IMG/VR virus record: IMGVR_UViG_3300050013_000065
Coordinates: 11,484-75,483 of that record
Source: a virus
Strand: one strand, 5' to 3'
DNA: 64,000 bases
The notes beneath the pieces are model-generated. The model ran no database searches. It saw only the letters and a program-made list of their open reading frames with translations, and was not told where the DNA came from. Both the position numbers and the translations under genes were made by a program. The number at the start of each line of letters is the position of its first letter. Within the stretch, counting starts at the first letter, position 1. Shown here piece after piece: positions 56,401 through 63,881 of the stretch.

Positions 56401-56811
56401 TTATCCTCTTGATATTGCCGCAGGCGGGAAACCCGGTGCGGGATTTTGTTTTGGTGCAGAATTCAGAGCAGACTTGCTCCACGGGAAGGATGGTTTAGGA
56501 GAAGGTTTGTAACTGGGGAGGCCAGCGGGAGAACTGTCCGGAGGGGGAGCGGACCACCCGTTTGGGCGATCTACTCGGAGGTGTGGCTGGAAAGTAATAC
56601 CGAATAATTCGTACGTACCGTTATTTACAACGTCAGACGACTGCTGTGGCATCTTTCCAATAAATTTCTGACCCGTCGGTGCGTTCCATCGATTCGGCTG
56701 GCAAGGGTCGCAAGAGTACTCATCAAGGACCTCGCCGTCATCGTCCGTTATCTGGACAAATAGTTTCACGCTACCCCCAAAATCCGGCCCCAAGGACGTT
56801 TGGCAGCCCAT
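56401..56811 (-). CDS. Hypothetical protein (start uncertain)
   Basis: Fills the gap after the terminase gene. Confidence 0.5.
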   Translation of the reverse strand: MGCQTSLGPDFGGSVKLFVQITDDDGEVLDEYSCDPCQPNRWNAPTGQKFIGKMPQQSSDVVNNGTYELFGITFQPHLRVDRPNGWSAPPPDSSPAGLPSYKPSPKPSFPWSKSALNSAPKQNPAPGFPPAAISRG

Positions 56812-58867
56812 ACGGCGTCTGAGTTGATGCTTCTGGTTCTGGTTGGAATAGATCGGCTGTTGGCATAATTGGCTGTTCGCTATTTATGATGTTTCCGTTA
56901 TCGTCCATCCATGATCCGTTCTGCGCCATATAGTCTTCGTTGAAGAGTTCGTTCCATCCTATTTGATCTATGCGGGAGAACATCTCTACGTTGTTTTCGA
57001 CTATGGCTTGGGTGGCGCGGGGGGCATACCGATTGGGCATCTGAGAGATGACATCGGGTATATCATCGTGGTGATGCGAGACCAAACATTTGGCCCATTC
57101 ACTATAAAAGACTTCCAGATTAGGTTCTTTGGGGGCCATGCAGGCATTCAAGAATTTTAGACGTCCCTCGGAAATCCAAGGGTACATCGACCGCATTCGG
57201 ACGCGCTTGGCATCTATTTGATTGTCGGGAGTTACCCAGTCAATATGAGAGCACAACTCAATTACGCGCGCGTCTCTTGTTCTGAGCGCTGTCGAAATAA
57301 TCGTAGGCTCCAAGAAACGAGACCCGGCGGCATCTTCAATTCCAATAACAAATGGATGCTCTTCTACGGCTAGATCAACTACGGCTTGGGCGAGGGTGGA
57401 GTGATTGAAGCGGTCCCGAACAATCTTGCGAACGTATCCGACCGTTTTCTTGTTGCCGGTCTTCTCTCCCTTGGAAGTAAGTTCATCTTCTTCTGTCCAG
57501 ATAATGGACGCGCCAGTCGAGTAGTCTCTACCTTTTTTCTGGCTGAAAGCAAAATCCCAAAACTGGCAGCAAGGTCCTTCTCGGGGAAGCATCTGATACG
57601 GAACAGTAGCCCGGAGCATCATCATTCGGTCAAACTCTACGTCACTCGTAGTCTGGGGGTTCTGGTTAAGCTGCCCCTCTGTGACTCTCTCGTTCTTGGT
57701 AAACTTTCCGACGAAGAACGAGTACGTAATGAGGTTGGGAACAAGCAGGGAGCAACCCTCTTCCCCTGCTTCTTGGTACGTTACAGGGCGACCCTCTCTA
57801 GACAGCTTATCAATTATTTCCGGCTTAATCTGACAGGCTCTACCAATAACAATGTCAACATTGAAGGTCTTGTTGTGCAGCTTCTTCCAGTTTGGACCTT
57901 CTTGGACTACTTCAATTTCTCCGTTGTTTTGGAACTTGTCTACTAATTTTCCGTAGTGATCCATTTCGTGGTATCTAGTACCAACGAATTGCAGAAAATA
58001 CCCATCCCCGCCGGGGACTAGCAGGTTTTCTACTAGGTCTAACTTTTCGGAAACACTTTGACACTGCGTTTCAGTTTCTGTGTTTTTATCAGAGACTGCG
58101 TCATCCGCTTTGATGACCTCGTAGTGTTGTCCGGATTTTGTTTTTCCCACGGACGACGCCGTTACTGTCGCCTCTTTGCGTTTTACCTTTTTGCGGGACC
58201 ACACTGGGCAGGTAAAGACATTTCCTTTGCGCATATCCTTTTCTGGGCAGCAGTATTCTGGCCAGAATAGATTCATCAGAGTAGGTTCATCTTCTCTTAG
58301 AACAAAGAATGCTTTTACCTCTGATACGAAGCCAGAAGACAAGCTGGCCTCGGCTGTTAGGTACAGAAGTCGTATGTGGGGGTACGCCAATACCCATTGA
58401 ACCGTGTCAATATGATCCGACCAGCTCTTGGCGCATCCGCGAGGCCACAGCAATACTCTTGTTTTAACTTTGCTGAGTTTGTGGATGGGAGTCTTGGGGT
58501 CCTTTTGGACATACATATCGAAAACAACGTCATAGGTCGGGTCGAGAAAAATATTATCTGCGACGGGTTTAATTTCTCCCGTTGTGCTGAGAGAAATGAT
58601 GTCCCATAAGAAGTATTTAGCCAACCACTTGATATCAAAAATACACCGCCGACGAACTTCTTTCCCCGCCCGCGAGTTGGGTACGTGATCTACTCCCAAC
58701 TTCATCTCATTCTCAAGATCGGGTCGTATTTCTTGCAGAAAGTTGTACAGGTCTTCGTTTGATATCAGGGAAGCTCCTGAATAAAATTCCTCTGGGCGGC
58801 TGTCGAGCAGGTTCGGATCTGTCCCATTCTTTATGATGAGTTCGTCAAACCGGTCTAAATTGTCCAT
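56771..58867 (-). CDS. terL: Terminase large subunit
   Basis: LWPRGCAKS (Walker A-like), HYEVIKADD (Walker B), VGTRYH..D.YG, and nuclease motifs FWDFAFS and HDDIPD. Confidence 0.85.
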   Translation of the reverse strand: MDNLDRFDELIIKNGTDPNLLDSRPEEFYSGASLISNEDLYNFLQEIRPDLENEMKLGVDHVPNSRAGKEVRRRCIFDIKWLAKYFLWDIISLSTTGEIKPVADNIFLDPTYDVVFDMYVQKDPKTPIHKLSKVKTRVLLWPRGCAKSWSDHIDTVQWVLAYPHIRLLYLTAEASLSSGFVSEVKAFFVLREDEPTLMNLFWPEYCCPEKDMRKGNVFTCPVWSRKKVKRKEATVTASSVGKTKSGQHYEVIKADDAVSDKNTETETQCQSVSEKLDLVENLLVPGGDGYFLQFVGTRYHEMDHYGKLVDKFQNNGEIEVVQEGPNWKKLHNKTFNVDIVIGRACQIKPEIIDKLSREGRPVTYQEAGEEGCSLLVPNLITYSFFVGKFTKNERVTEGQLNQNPQTTSDVEFDRMMMLRATVPYQMLPREGPCCQFWDFAFSQKKGRDYSTGASIIWTEEDELTSKGEKTGNKKTVGYVRKIVRDRFNHSTLAQAVVDLAVEEHPFVIGIEDAAGSRFLEPTIISTALRTRDARVIELCSHIDWVTPDNQIDAKRVRMRSMYPWISEGRLKFLNACMAPKEPNLEVFYSEWAKCLVSHHHDDIPDVISQMPNRYAPRATQAIVENNVEMFSRIDQIGWNELFNEDYMAQNGSWMDDNGNIINSEQPIMPTADLFQPEPEASTQTPYGLPNVLGAGFWG

Positions 58868-58875
58868 TATTTGGA

Positions 58876-59058
58876 TTACTTCTTTCCTTTGCGACTTTGC
58901 CCGGACTCAGATAACGCCACAGCGATTGCCTGTTTTGGGTTCGTGATCTTGGGTCCTTTCTTGGACCCTGAGTGCAGTTTTCCTGCTTTAAATTCTTCCA
59001 TCACGCCCGTAACGGCTTTCTGCTTTCCAACTTTAGTAGTTGGTTTTCGGGTTGGCAT
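58876..59058 (-). CDS. DUF6496-like small basic protein
   Basis: VMEEFKAGKLHSGS..GPKITNPKQAIAVALSE. Confidence 0.75.
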   Translation of the reverse strand: MPTRKPTTKVGKQKAVTGVMEEFKAGKLHSGSKKGPKITNPKQAIAVALSESGQSRKGKK

Positions 59059-59239
59059 AACCAGTTCCTTTTTCGTTCCTTAAATCTTGAAGAATTGCCG
59101 CAGCGAATGCCGCTTCGTTCTGATGCTCAAGTGCTACTGATTTATACCCGTTAAGCTGGGCGTTTCGAGCGGCCACCAGCGATTTTTGCCGGTGTCCACC
59201 CACAAACAATCTGAGTCTTTCCAGAACTTCGAAAGTCAT
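59033..59239 (-). CDS. Small hypothetical protein
   Basis: Fills the operon gap. Confidence 0.45.
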   Translation of the reverse strand: MTFEVLERLRLFVGGHRQKSLVAARNAQLNGYKSVALEHQNEAAFAAAILQDLRNEKGTGYANPKTNY

Positions 59240-59243
59240 GTAT

Positions 59244-59900
59244 CTACCAAAGTCCGAGTGCTTTGTTCCCTACTTTAGCGCCTAGCTCCGCGAACGGACC
59301 CACTTTTTTGTACCAAGGTTCCGGCAGGAAGTAACGTCTAGTTAAGTCGTCGCTCACTCGCTGAGCGTCCCCGGCAATATTATCTCCACGGTCCAAGATA
59401 CCGGCTGCATGATCCAAAATCTGACCGATAGCTTTACGCTTGAGAAGCTCGTCTAGATCGTATCCAGCTTGGGAGTAATTAGATAGCAGGGGTTGTGCCG
59501 CTGCTATCGTTCGTTGGCCCTCGTTAAGAGTTCCGGTAGCGGCCTGCGCGGTTCCGGTAAGAGCATTAGCTGTTCCGGACAGGGAATCTGCGGTGCGGCT
59601 GAGGCGGGACGCTGCAAATCCAAACTGATCCATAGCGGCGTTTACGTGTGGAATTGCAGACCGTTCCTGAAGCTGAGTGGTTACAACAGCGTCCCCGATC
59701 TTCACCGCAACTTTGTTTATTTCGTGCAGAGTTCCTCGGGGTCCACTTATCGCGTCAAGCGTTGGTTTGAAATCGGGCGCTGAATTCCCCCACTTATCTA
59801 TCGCCACAATTAGGTGTTGAGTTAGTCCCACGCTTCCCCAAACAGAGAGACTAAGAAGGACTACCAGGACGAAGTAGAGAGAGGCAAGTTTGGGGGTCAT
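59244..59900 (-). CDS. Membrane-anchored coiled-coil protein (possible lysis accessory)
   Basis: N-terminal transmembrane segment and Ala-rich helices. Confidence 0.5.
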   Translation of the reverse strand: MTPKLASLYFVLVVLLSLSVWGSVGLTQHLIVAIDKWGNSAPDFKPTLDAISGPRGTLHEINKVAVKIGDAVVTTQLQERSAIPHVNAAMDQFGFAASRLSRTADSLSGTANALTGTAQAATGTLNEGQRTIAAAQPLLSNYSQAGYDLDELLKRKAIGQILDHAAGILDRGDNIAGDAQRVSDDLTRRYFLPEPWYKKVGPFAELGAKVGNKALGLW

Positions 59901-59946
59901 ATTTATCCCACAGAAATGGGCGCTCCCGAAGAAGCGCCCGTTGTTA

Positions 59947-60453
59947 TTAGGCAGCGGCGGTGCCATTCAGTGCGTTCAAGAACGACACAATACCATTTGC
60001 TGCGCTTTGAATTTCAGTTGCGGTAGGAACAGCCAGACCTGCGGACTTGGCGTAGGCCAACACCGAAGGTGTAACCGCAGCGGTAACAGCCGCCAACTTC
60101 TGAGTTCCGGTTCCGTTCTGCACAGCAGCACCCGCAGCGAGAGCCTCGGTCTTCAGAGCCTCTGTAATATACGTGTTTGCCAAATTGATGATGCCAGTCA
60201 GACCGGGATCGACAACCTCGACTACGGCCTCGCCGCTAGCGACAACTGCCTGACCCTTAGCGCTGCCTACCCACTCGAAAACCTTCTTGATGTCTCCACC
60301 AAACGTACTTAGAACGCTTTTAAAACCCATGTTAATCTCCTGTTTTGGTTGTGTTACATTACTTGCAACGGGATCCGCCACAGGCGTCCCGGTAGAAATT
60401 GCGGTCATCGTCACAGCGCTTGCGGACGGTGCCTTAGTCTTGAAGGGCCACAT
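59947..60453 (-). CDS. Hypothetical Ala-rich protein (alternative start at 60330)
   Basis: TAATG coupling; internal AGGAG RBS before ATG 60330. Confidence 0.6.
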   Translation of the reverse strand: MWPFKTKAPSASAVTMTAISTGTPVADPVASNVTQPKQEINMGFKSVLSTFGGDIKKVFEWVGSAKGQAVVASGEAVVEVVDPGLTGIINLANTYITEALKTEALAAGAAVQNGTGTQKLAAVTAAVTPSVLAYAKSAGLAVPTATEIQSAANGIVSFLNALNGTAAA

Positions 60454-60755
60454 TACTGCGCCTTCGCGGCGGTGGGGACTGGCCCGCTAGTCGATACATT
60501 GACTACAGCAGGATTGACTAAAGCGGGGATGTTGGGGTCTGCCTGGACGTAGTTCTGATTTGTTCCCAGCACGATGCGAACGATAGTCGTAGCGCAGACC
60601 ACGCCCGCTCCGAGAATCGTCCACAGCCAATTGTGCGCCGGGGCCTGCATCGCCACTACGGCCAGAAATCCTGTCAGCGCGGAAGAGACTGCTTGAGCCG
60701 ACCCAGCATACCCAGCGGCGGTAGAACGCCAATCATTGCCAATAAGAATATTCAT
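60453..60755 (-). CDS. Holin-like membrane protein
   Basis: DWRST..G N-terminus and two hydrophobic segments. Confidence 0.45.
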   Translation of the reverse strand: MNILIGNDWRSTAAGYAGSAQAVSSALTGFLAVVAMQAPAHNWLWTILGAGVVCATTIVRIVLGTNQNYVQADPNIPALVNPAVVNVSTSGPVPTAAKAQ

Positions 60756-60756
60756 G

Positions 60757-61071
60757 TTACATCCCCTGTGGGGCCGCAGTAGCAGGAGCCGGACCGGCGG
60801 GTGCTGCTTGAGGTGACACAGCGGGAGCAGCTTGTGCCGACCCGTTGTCGGGAATTGTGTTTTGTAGATTTGCCATGAGCGAGGCTTTGTCGGCCATCAT
60901 GTCGGGATCACCAGGAGTGACTGACCCGTCCTCGTTTTTGTAGTGGTGTGTTACTTCGTGCCCTCCGTGAGGGTAATGACGGATGTGGGTCTCATGAATG
61001 CGACCTGATTTCTTGCTAGATTTCTTTCCGGACTTTCCGCCCATTCCGGACTTAGCGCGCGACTCTGCCAT
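60757..61071 (-). CDS. Hypothetical protein
   Basis: AAGGA RBS following a 15-bp motif copy. Confidence 0.6.
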   Translation of the reverse strand: MAESRAKSGMGGKSGKKSSKKSGRIHETHIRHYPHGGHEVTHHYKNEDGSVTPGDPDMMADKASLMANLQNTIPDNGSAQAAPAVSPQAAPAGPAPATAAPQGM

Positions 61072-61106
61072 AATTATTCCTTTGTCCAGATAATGGACGG
61101 GTTATG

Positions 61107-61286
61107 TTACTTGATTGCTTTCTTCAGAGCGTTCTTTGCGCCTTCTGGAGTTGAACTTTTTACCTTGACTTTGATTTTGACGGAGCCGATTTTCTTCTCG
61201 GATTTCTCTTCGGCCTTAGCGGACTTCTTTGCGGACTTTTCCGCAGTTTTAGCGGACTTCTTTACATCCTTCATATCTTTTGCCAT
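61107..61286 (-). CDS. Small Lys-rich protein (59 aa)
   Basis: MAKDMKDVKKSAKTAEKSAKK...; AAGGA RBS. Confidence 0.6.
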   Translation of the reverse strand: MAKDMKDVKKSAKTAEKSAKKSAKAEEKSEKKIGSVKIKVKVKSSTPEGAKNALKKAIK

Positions 61287-61372
61287 GATTTTCCTTTGTA
61301 GGTTTTCGTTAGCGAATTCTACGAGCCGTGATGGTGCCGTACACCGTCTCAGTTCCCGCAGAGAATGTACCC

Positions 61373-61747
61373 TCAGCCGACCAGGACCCAGACGGTGGTC
61401 GCGGCTAGTCCGGTACCTGCGGATAGGCCAAAATGGAACAAGGCCCCACCCAAACCAGATACATTATATTGATTAGCAAATAGAGGGGCAGTATCTCCGG
61501 TCATCTGTCCAGTCAAAGCGAGAGGTAACGTTGTCTGCGCGGGGACTACAAACCAAGTCGCGCCATTATCAATGCTTCCTTCTAGAACCCAAGTAGGACC
61601 AGTTGCCGCTCCCCCGTTTCCTACGATGGTAACTTGACCCCGGTATGTTTGGGACATATCTGGAAGCCCAAAAACTACAGGGGTGTTCAATGCGGATATT
61701 GATCCAACATTTTGTGCTACACGATCTTTGACGACAAAAGTTGCCAT
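61373..61747 (-). CDS. Putative virion structural protein
   Basis: LEGSIDNG.TW motif, common in phage beta-sandwich virion proteins; GAGGA RBS. Confidence 0.55.
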   Translation of the reverse strand: MATFVVKDRVAQNVGSISALNTPVVFGLPDMSQTYRGQVTIVGNGGAATGPTWVLEGSIDNGATWFVVPAQTTLPLALTGQMTGDTAPLFANQYNVSGLGGALFHFGLSAGTGLAATTVWVLVG

Positions 61748-61755
61748 GCGATCCT

Positions 61756-61977
61756 CTACAACTTAAAATGTTTTCTAATAAGTGCTTTGATAGCACTTAC
61801 TTGCGCTTGGTAGTGTACTCGGACAGAATCCTCGGCCACATCACGAGCAGCCAGAGAATCGCCCAAAAAGTTGTTCAAGTCGGTCTCGATTTCCTTGATC
61901 CAAAGACTCCGATCAACCGCGAACAGAACCGCTAGAACAAATAGAACGCCACATACTGCTTCGATGAGAGTGTCCAT
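61756..61977 (-). CDS. Small membrane protein
   Basis: N-terminal transmembrane segment; GGAG RBS. Confidence 0.55.
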   Translation of the reverse strand: MDTLIEAVCGVLFVLAVLFAVDRSLWIKEIETDLNNFLGDSLAARDVAEDSVRVHYQAQVSAIKALIRKHFKL

Positions 61978-62022
61978 TTGGTCTCCGTGCGGGGGTCCGA
62001 AGACCCCCGTGGGTTTGATTGG

Positions 62023-62670
62023 TTAGACGCGGTCGATGCTCAACTCTGTAACCACAAAGGACGTGGGAACGGTAGTAGCAAACGTGAACGACGGATAAAA
62101 GTTCAGATCGTTCTGGTTCAAGCTGGCCACGGTTGCAGCCGTATTTGCCGTGGAAATGCTGACACCCTTCTGATAGGTGGTAGCTGCGTTCGCAATAGCC
62201 AACTGTTTGGAAACAGAGTCCCAAACATACTGTGCGGACAAGATAATGGTTCCAGAGGTGCTGTTAGCAGCCGTCGAGGTTCCGGTAATCATCTTGGTAA
62301 CGCCGGTTCCGGTCAGGGCTGTAACCACGCTGTATGCAGACGAAGTAGGTCCGCCCGCAAGAACCGCATTGGTTGCCTGATACAAGTTCACTAGAATGCT
62401 GGTGTTAACCGAAGCAGCCGTGGTGAACTTGAGGGCCAACTTGATCTCAAACGGGTGGCCGTCATACACAGACCCAGCAATATCAGGAGAGGGAGTAACA
62501 TACATCACGCTGGGGTAAGTAGACGTGGATAGGGGGAAAACGGGAGAAGGCAGTCCGGGATAAACTCCGGAAGCAGTAGGGGCGATGAGCGCCTGTTCGG
62601 TACCGGCAACATACGAAGTTACAGTAAGAGGATAGTTCTGGAAGCCGACTGATGTGTCTTGACGAGCCAT
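62023..62670 (-). CDS. Putative virion structural protein
   Basis: T/S/A-rich; shares G.PF, NLYQAT and VWD.VS..L with 36345-37037. Confidence 0.55.
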   Translation of the reverse strand: MARQDTSVGFQNYPLTVTSYVAGTEQALIAPTASGVYPGLPSPVFPLSTSTYPSVMYVTPSPDIAGSVYDGHPFEIKLALKFTTAASVNTSILVNLYQATNAVLAGGPTSSAYSVVTALTGTGVTKMITGTSTAANSTSGTIILSAQYVWDSVSKQLAIANAATTYQKGVSISTANTAATVASLNQNDLNFYPSFTFATTVPTSFVVTELSIDRV

Positions 62671-62810
62671 TGTATTGATTCCTTTGGATATAGGTTGGGG
62701 ATGGTAGTACTTTAGGACCTAGTGGCCCCGGCGCAGTTTCGTACTGCCCTTACCTTGGCCGCATGAAAACAACTCATGGCCGAGATATTTGTCCATTATC
62801 CGGACTAAAA

Positions 62811-62884
62811 TGGAGCGGAGTAGGGGAGTTCGACCCCTTTCTCTGGTTTGGAAGACCAGGGCACAAGCGATATACCAACCCCGC
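62811..62884 (-). tRNA. tRNA-Gly(TCC)
   Basis: Anticodon arm CTGGT-CTTCCAA-ACCAG; encoded CCA. Confidence 0.85.
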
Positions 62885-62890
62885 AAATTG

Positions 62891-63004
62891 ATTGTTTGTG
62901 GAGAATTCGAATCTCCGAGTGGGTCCACTCATTTATAGTGTCCTGAGCGACCGCGCACCCACTTTAGCATCAGATCAGGGATAAGCCTCTACCCGAACAA
63001 ACAA
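62891..63004 (-). ncRNA. tRNA-like RNA with 8-bp acceptor/5-bp T-stem and no normal anticodon arm
   Basis: TTGTTTGT/ACAAACAA, 6-bp D-like stem, GGAGA-TTCGAAT-TCTCC. Confidence 0.5.
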
Positions 63005-63007
63005 ACT

Positions 63008-63085
63008 TGGTCCCCGAAGACGGACTTGAACCGCCCACCTATCTCCTATCAAGAGATTGCTCTTCTCAGGATGAGCTATTCGGGG
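63008..63085 (-). tRNA. tRNA-Ile(GAT)
   Basis: ATCTC-TTGATAG-GAGAT; CCA end. Confidence 0.85.
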
Positions 63086-63086
63086 A

Positions 63087-63162
63087 TGGTACGGACGGCA
63101 GGACTCGAACCTGCGGTGAACTGGGTGTAGACCAGCCGATTTAGCCTCTAATCTACGTCCGC
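63087..63162 (-). tRNA. tRNA-Val(TAC)
   Basis: GCTGG-TCTACAC-CCAGT; CCA end; C at position 33. Confidence 0.8.
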
Positions 63163-63168
63163 AAAACT

Positions 63169-63242
63169 TGGTACCCCGCCAGAGAATCGAACTCTGTCCA
63201 AACTGGGTAAAAGCCAGTTATGCACCATCACACTCACGAGGC
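63169..63242 (-). tRNA. tRNA-Lys(TTT)
   Basis: ACTGG-CTTTTAC-CCAGT; CCA end. Confidence 0.75.
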
Positions 63243-63289
63243 GTCTTTTGTCACTCTCGGATTTCTGGTTCATAACGTTCTCCTAAGAT

Positions 63290-63364
63290 TGGTGGGTTGC
63301 CCGAGAGTCGAACTCGGTTCTCTCGATTAAGAGTCGAGTGCTTCGCCGTCTAAGCTTGCAACCC
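63290..63364 (-). tRNA. tRNA-Lys(CTT)
   Basis: CTCGA-CTCTTAA-TCGAG; CCA end. Confidence 0.88.
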
Positions 63365-63365
63365 G

Positions 63366-63456
63366 TGGTAGGCGATGAGGGAGTCGAACCCGTCCCGGCA
63401 CTCTAATCTGGAGTTCAGGGTTTATAAGGCCCCGCCGCACGCCGATGCTATCGCCC
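63366..63456 (-). tRNA. Atypical tRNA, anticodon TAT, with long variable arm
   Basis: Acceptor GGGCGAT/ATCGCCT, loop CTTATAA, variable arm ACTC-CAGATTA-GAGT, bulged T-stem, CCA end. Confidence 0.6.
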
Positions 63457-63462
63457 AAAACT

Positions 63463-63538
63463 TGGTGCCAGCGGCTGGACTCAAACCAGCTACGACGGCG
63501 TTATGAGTGCCGCGACTATTCTCTTCGTCCTCGCTGAC
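63463..63538 (-). tRNA. tRNA with CAT anticodon (Met or Ile2)
   Basis: CGGCA-CTCATAA-CGCCG; CCA end. Confidence 0.75.
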
Positions 63539-63565
63539 TTGTTCTCAAAATGAGTACGTTCAAAC

Positions 63566-63636
63566 TGGCAGGGGATAGGAGAATCGAACTCCTCACGGCT
63601 AGATTTGGAGGCTGGCCTAATCCCAGATCATCCCCT
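63566..63636 (-). tRNA. tRNA-Trp(CCA), short D-arm
   Basis: Loop CTCCAAA, G discriminator, CCA end; the anticodon stem has mismatches. Confidence 0.7.
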
Positions 63637-63637
63637 G

Positions 63638-63714
63638 TGGAACCCTTGTCCGAACTCAAATCGGAATCTGACAAGTTCGTAGCTTGCCGCTTTATTCAGT
63701 TAAGCTACAGGGGC
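63638..63714 (-). tRNA. tRNA-Arg(ACG)
   Basis: GCAAG-CTACGAA-CTTGT; CCA end. Confidence 0.8.
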
Positions 63715-63720
63715 GTAAAA

Positions 63721-63797
63721 TGGTCTGGAGGGTGAGAATCGAACTCACTTGATAGCTCGCTTCCAGAGCGAGAGGCTAACCTTTTGCCCACCCCCAG
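63721..63797 (-). tRNA. tRNA-Pro(TGG)
   Basis: CTCGC-TCTGGAA-GCGAG; CCA end. Confidence 0.8.
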
Positions 63798-63803
63798 ATA
63801 AAT

Positions 63804-63881
63804 TGGTCAGTGCGGCTGGATTCTAACCAGCGACCCCTCGTATCCGAAACGAGAACTCTGAACAGACTGAGCTACGGCCCG
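63804..63881 (-). tRNA. tRNA-Pro(CGG), acceptor stem with mismatches
   Basis: CTCGT-TTCGGAT-ACGAG; T-loop TTAGAAT; CCA end. Confidence 0.7.

Larger units (their letters stand above)
3381..62805. repeat. Dispersed 15-bp quasi-palindrome GTCCAGATAATGGAC / GTCCATTATCTGGAC, about 38 copies
   Basis: Exact copies start at 3821, 7851, 8661, 10345, 11527, 12012, 16901, 19337, 32974, 39090, 40380, 40686, 41032, 47873, 57495, 61084. Near-match variants start at 3381, 4762, 5399, 6682, 10718, 11743, 15596, 19735, 22683, 25579, 34804, 35242, 36224, 39952, 41573, 42418, 42774, 46287, 56083, 56743, 58862, 62791. Confidence 0.95.

Noticed and set aside
3381-62805. 15-bp motif as a CRISPR array
   Set aside because: Copies are dispersed at irregular distances, often kilobases apart, are too short, and there are no cas genes.
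3381-62805. 15-bp motif as an N4-type virion RNA polymerase hairpin promoter or a terminator
   Set aside because: It has a 5-nt loop, occurs in both orientations and mostly inside genes, has no U-tract, and no virion RNA polymerase gene is in the window.
63148-63273. Short ORF with AGGAG RBS reading through tRNA-Lys(TTT)
   Set aside because: It overlaps tRNA genes for most of its length and has no recognisable protein features. It may be a gene remnant.
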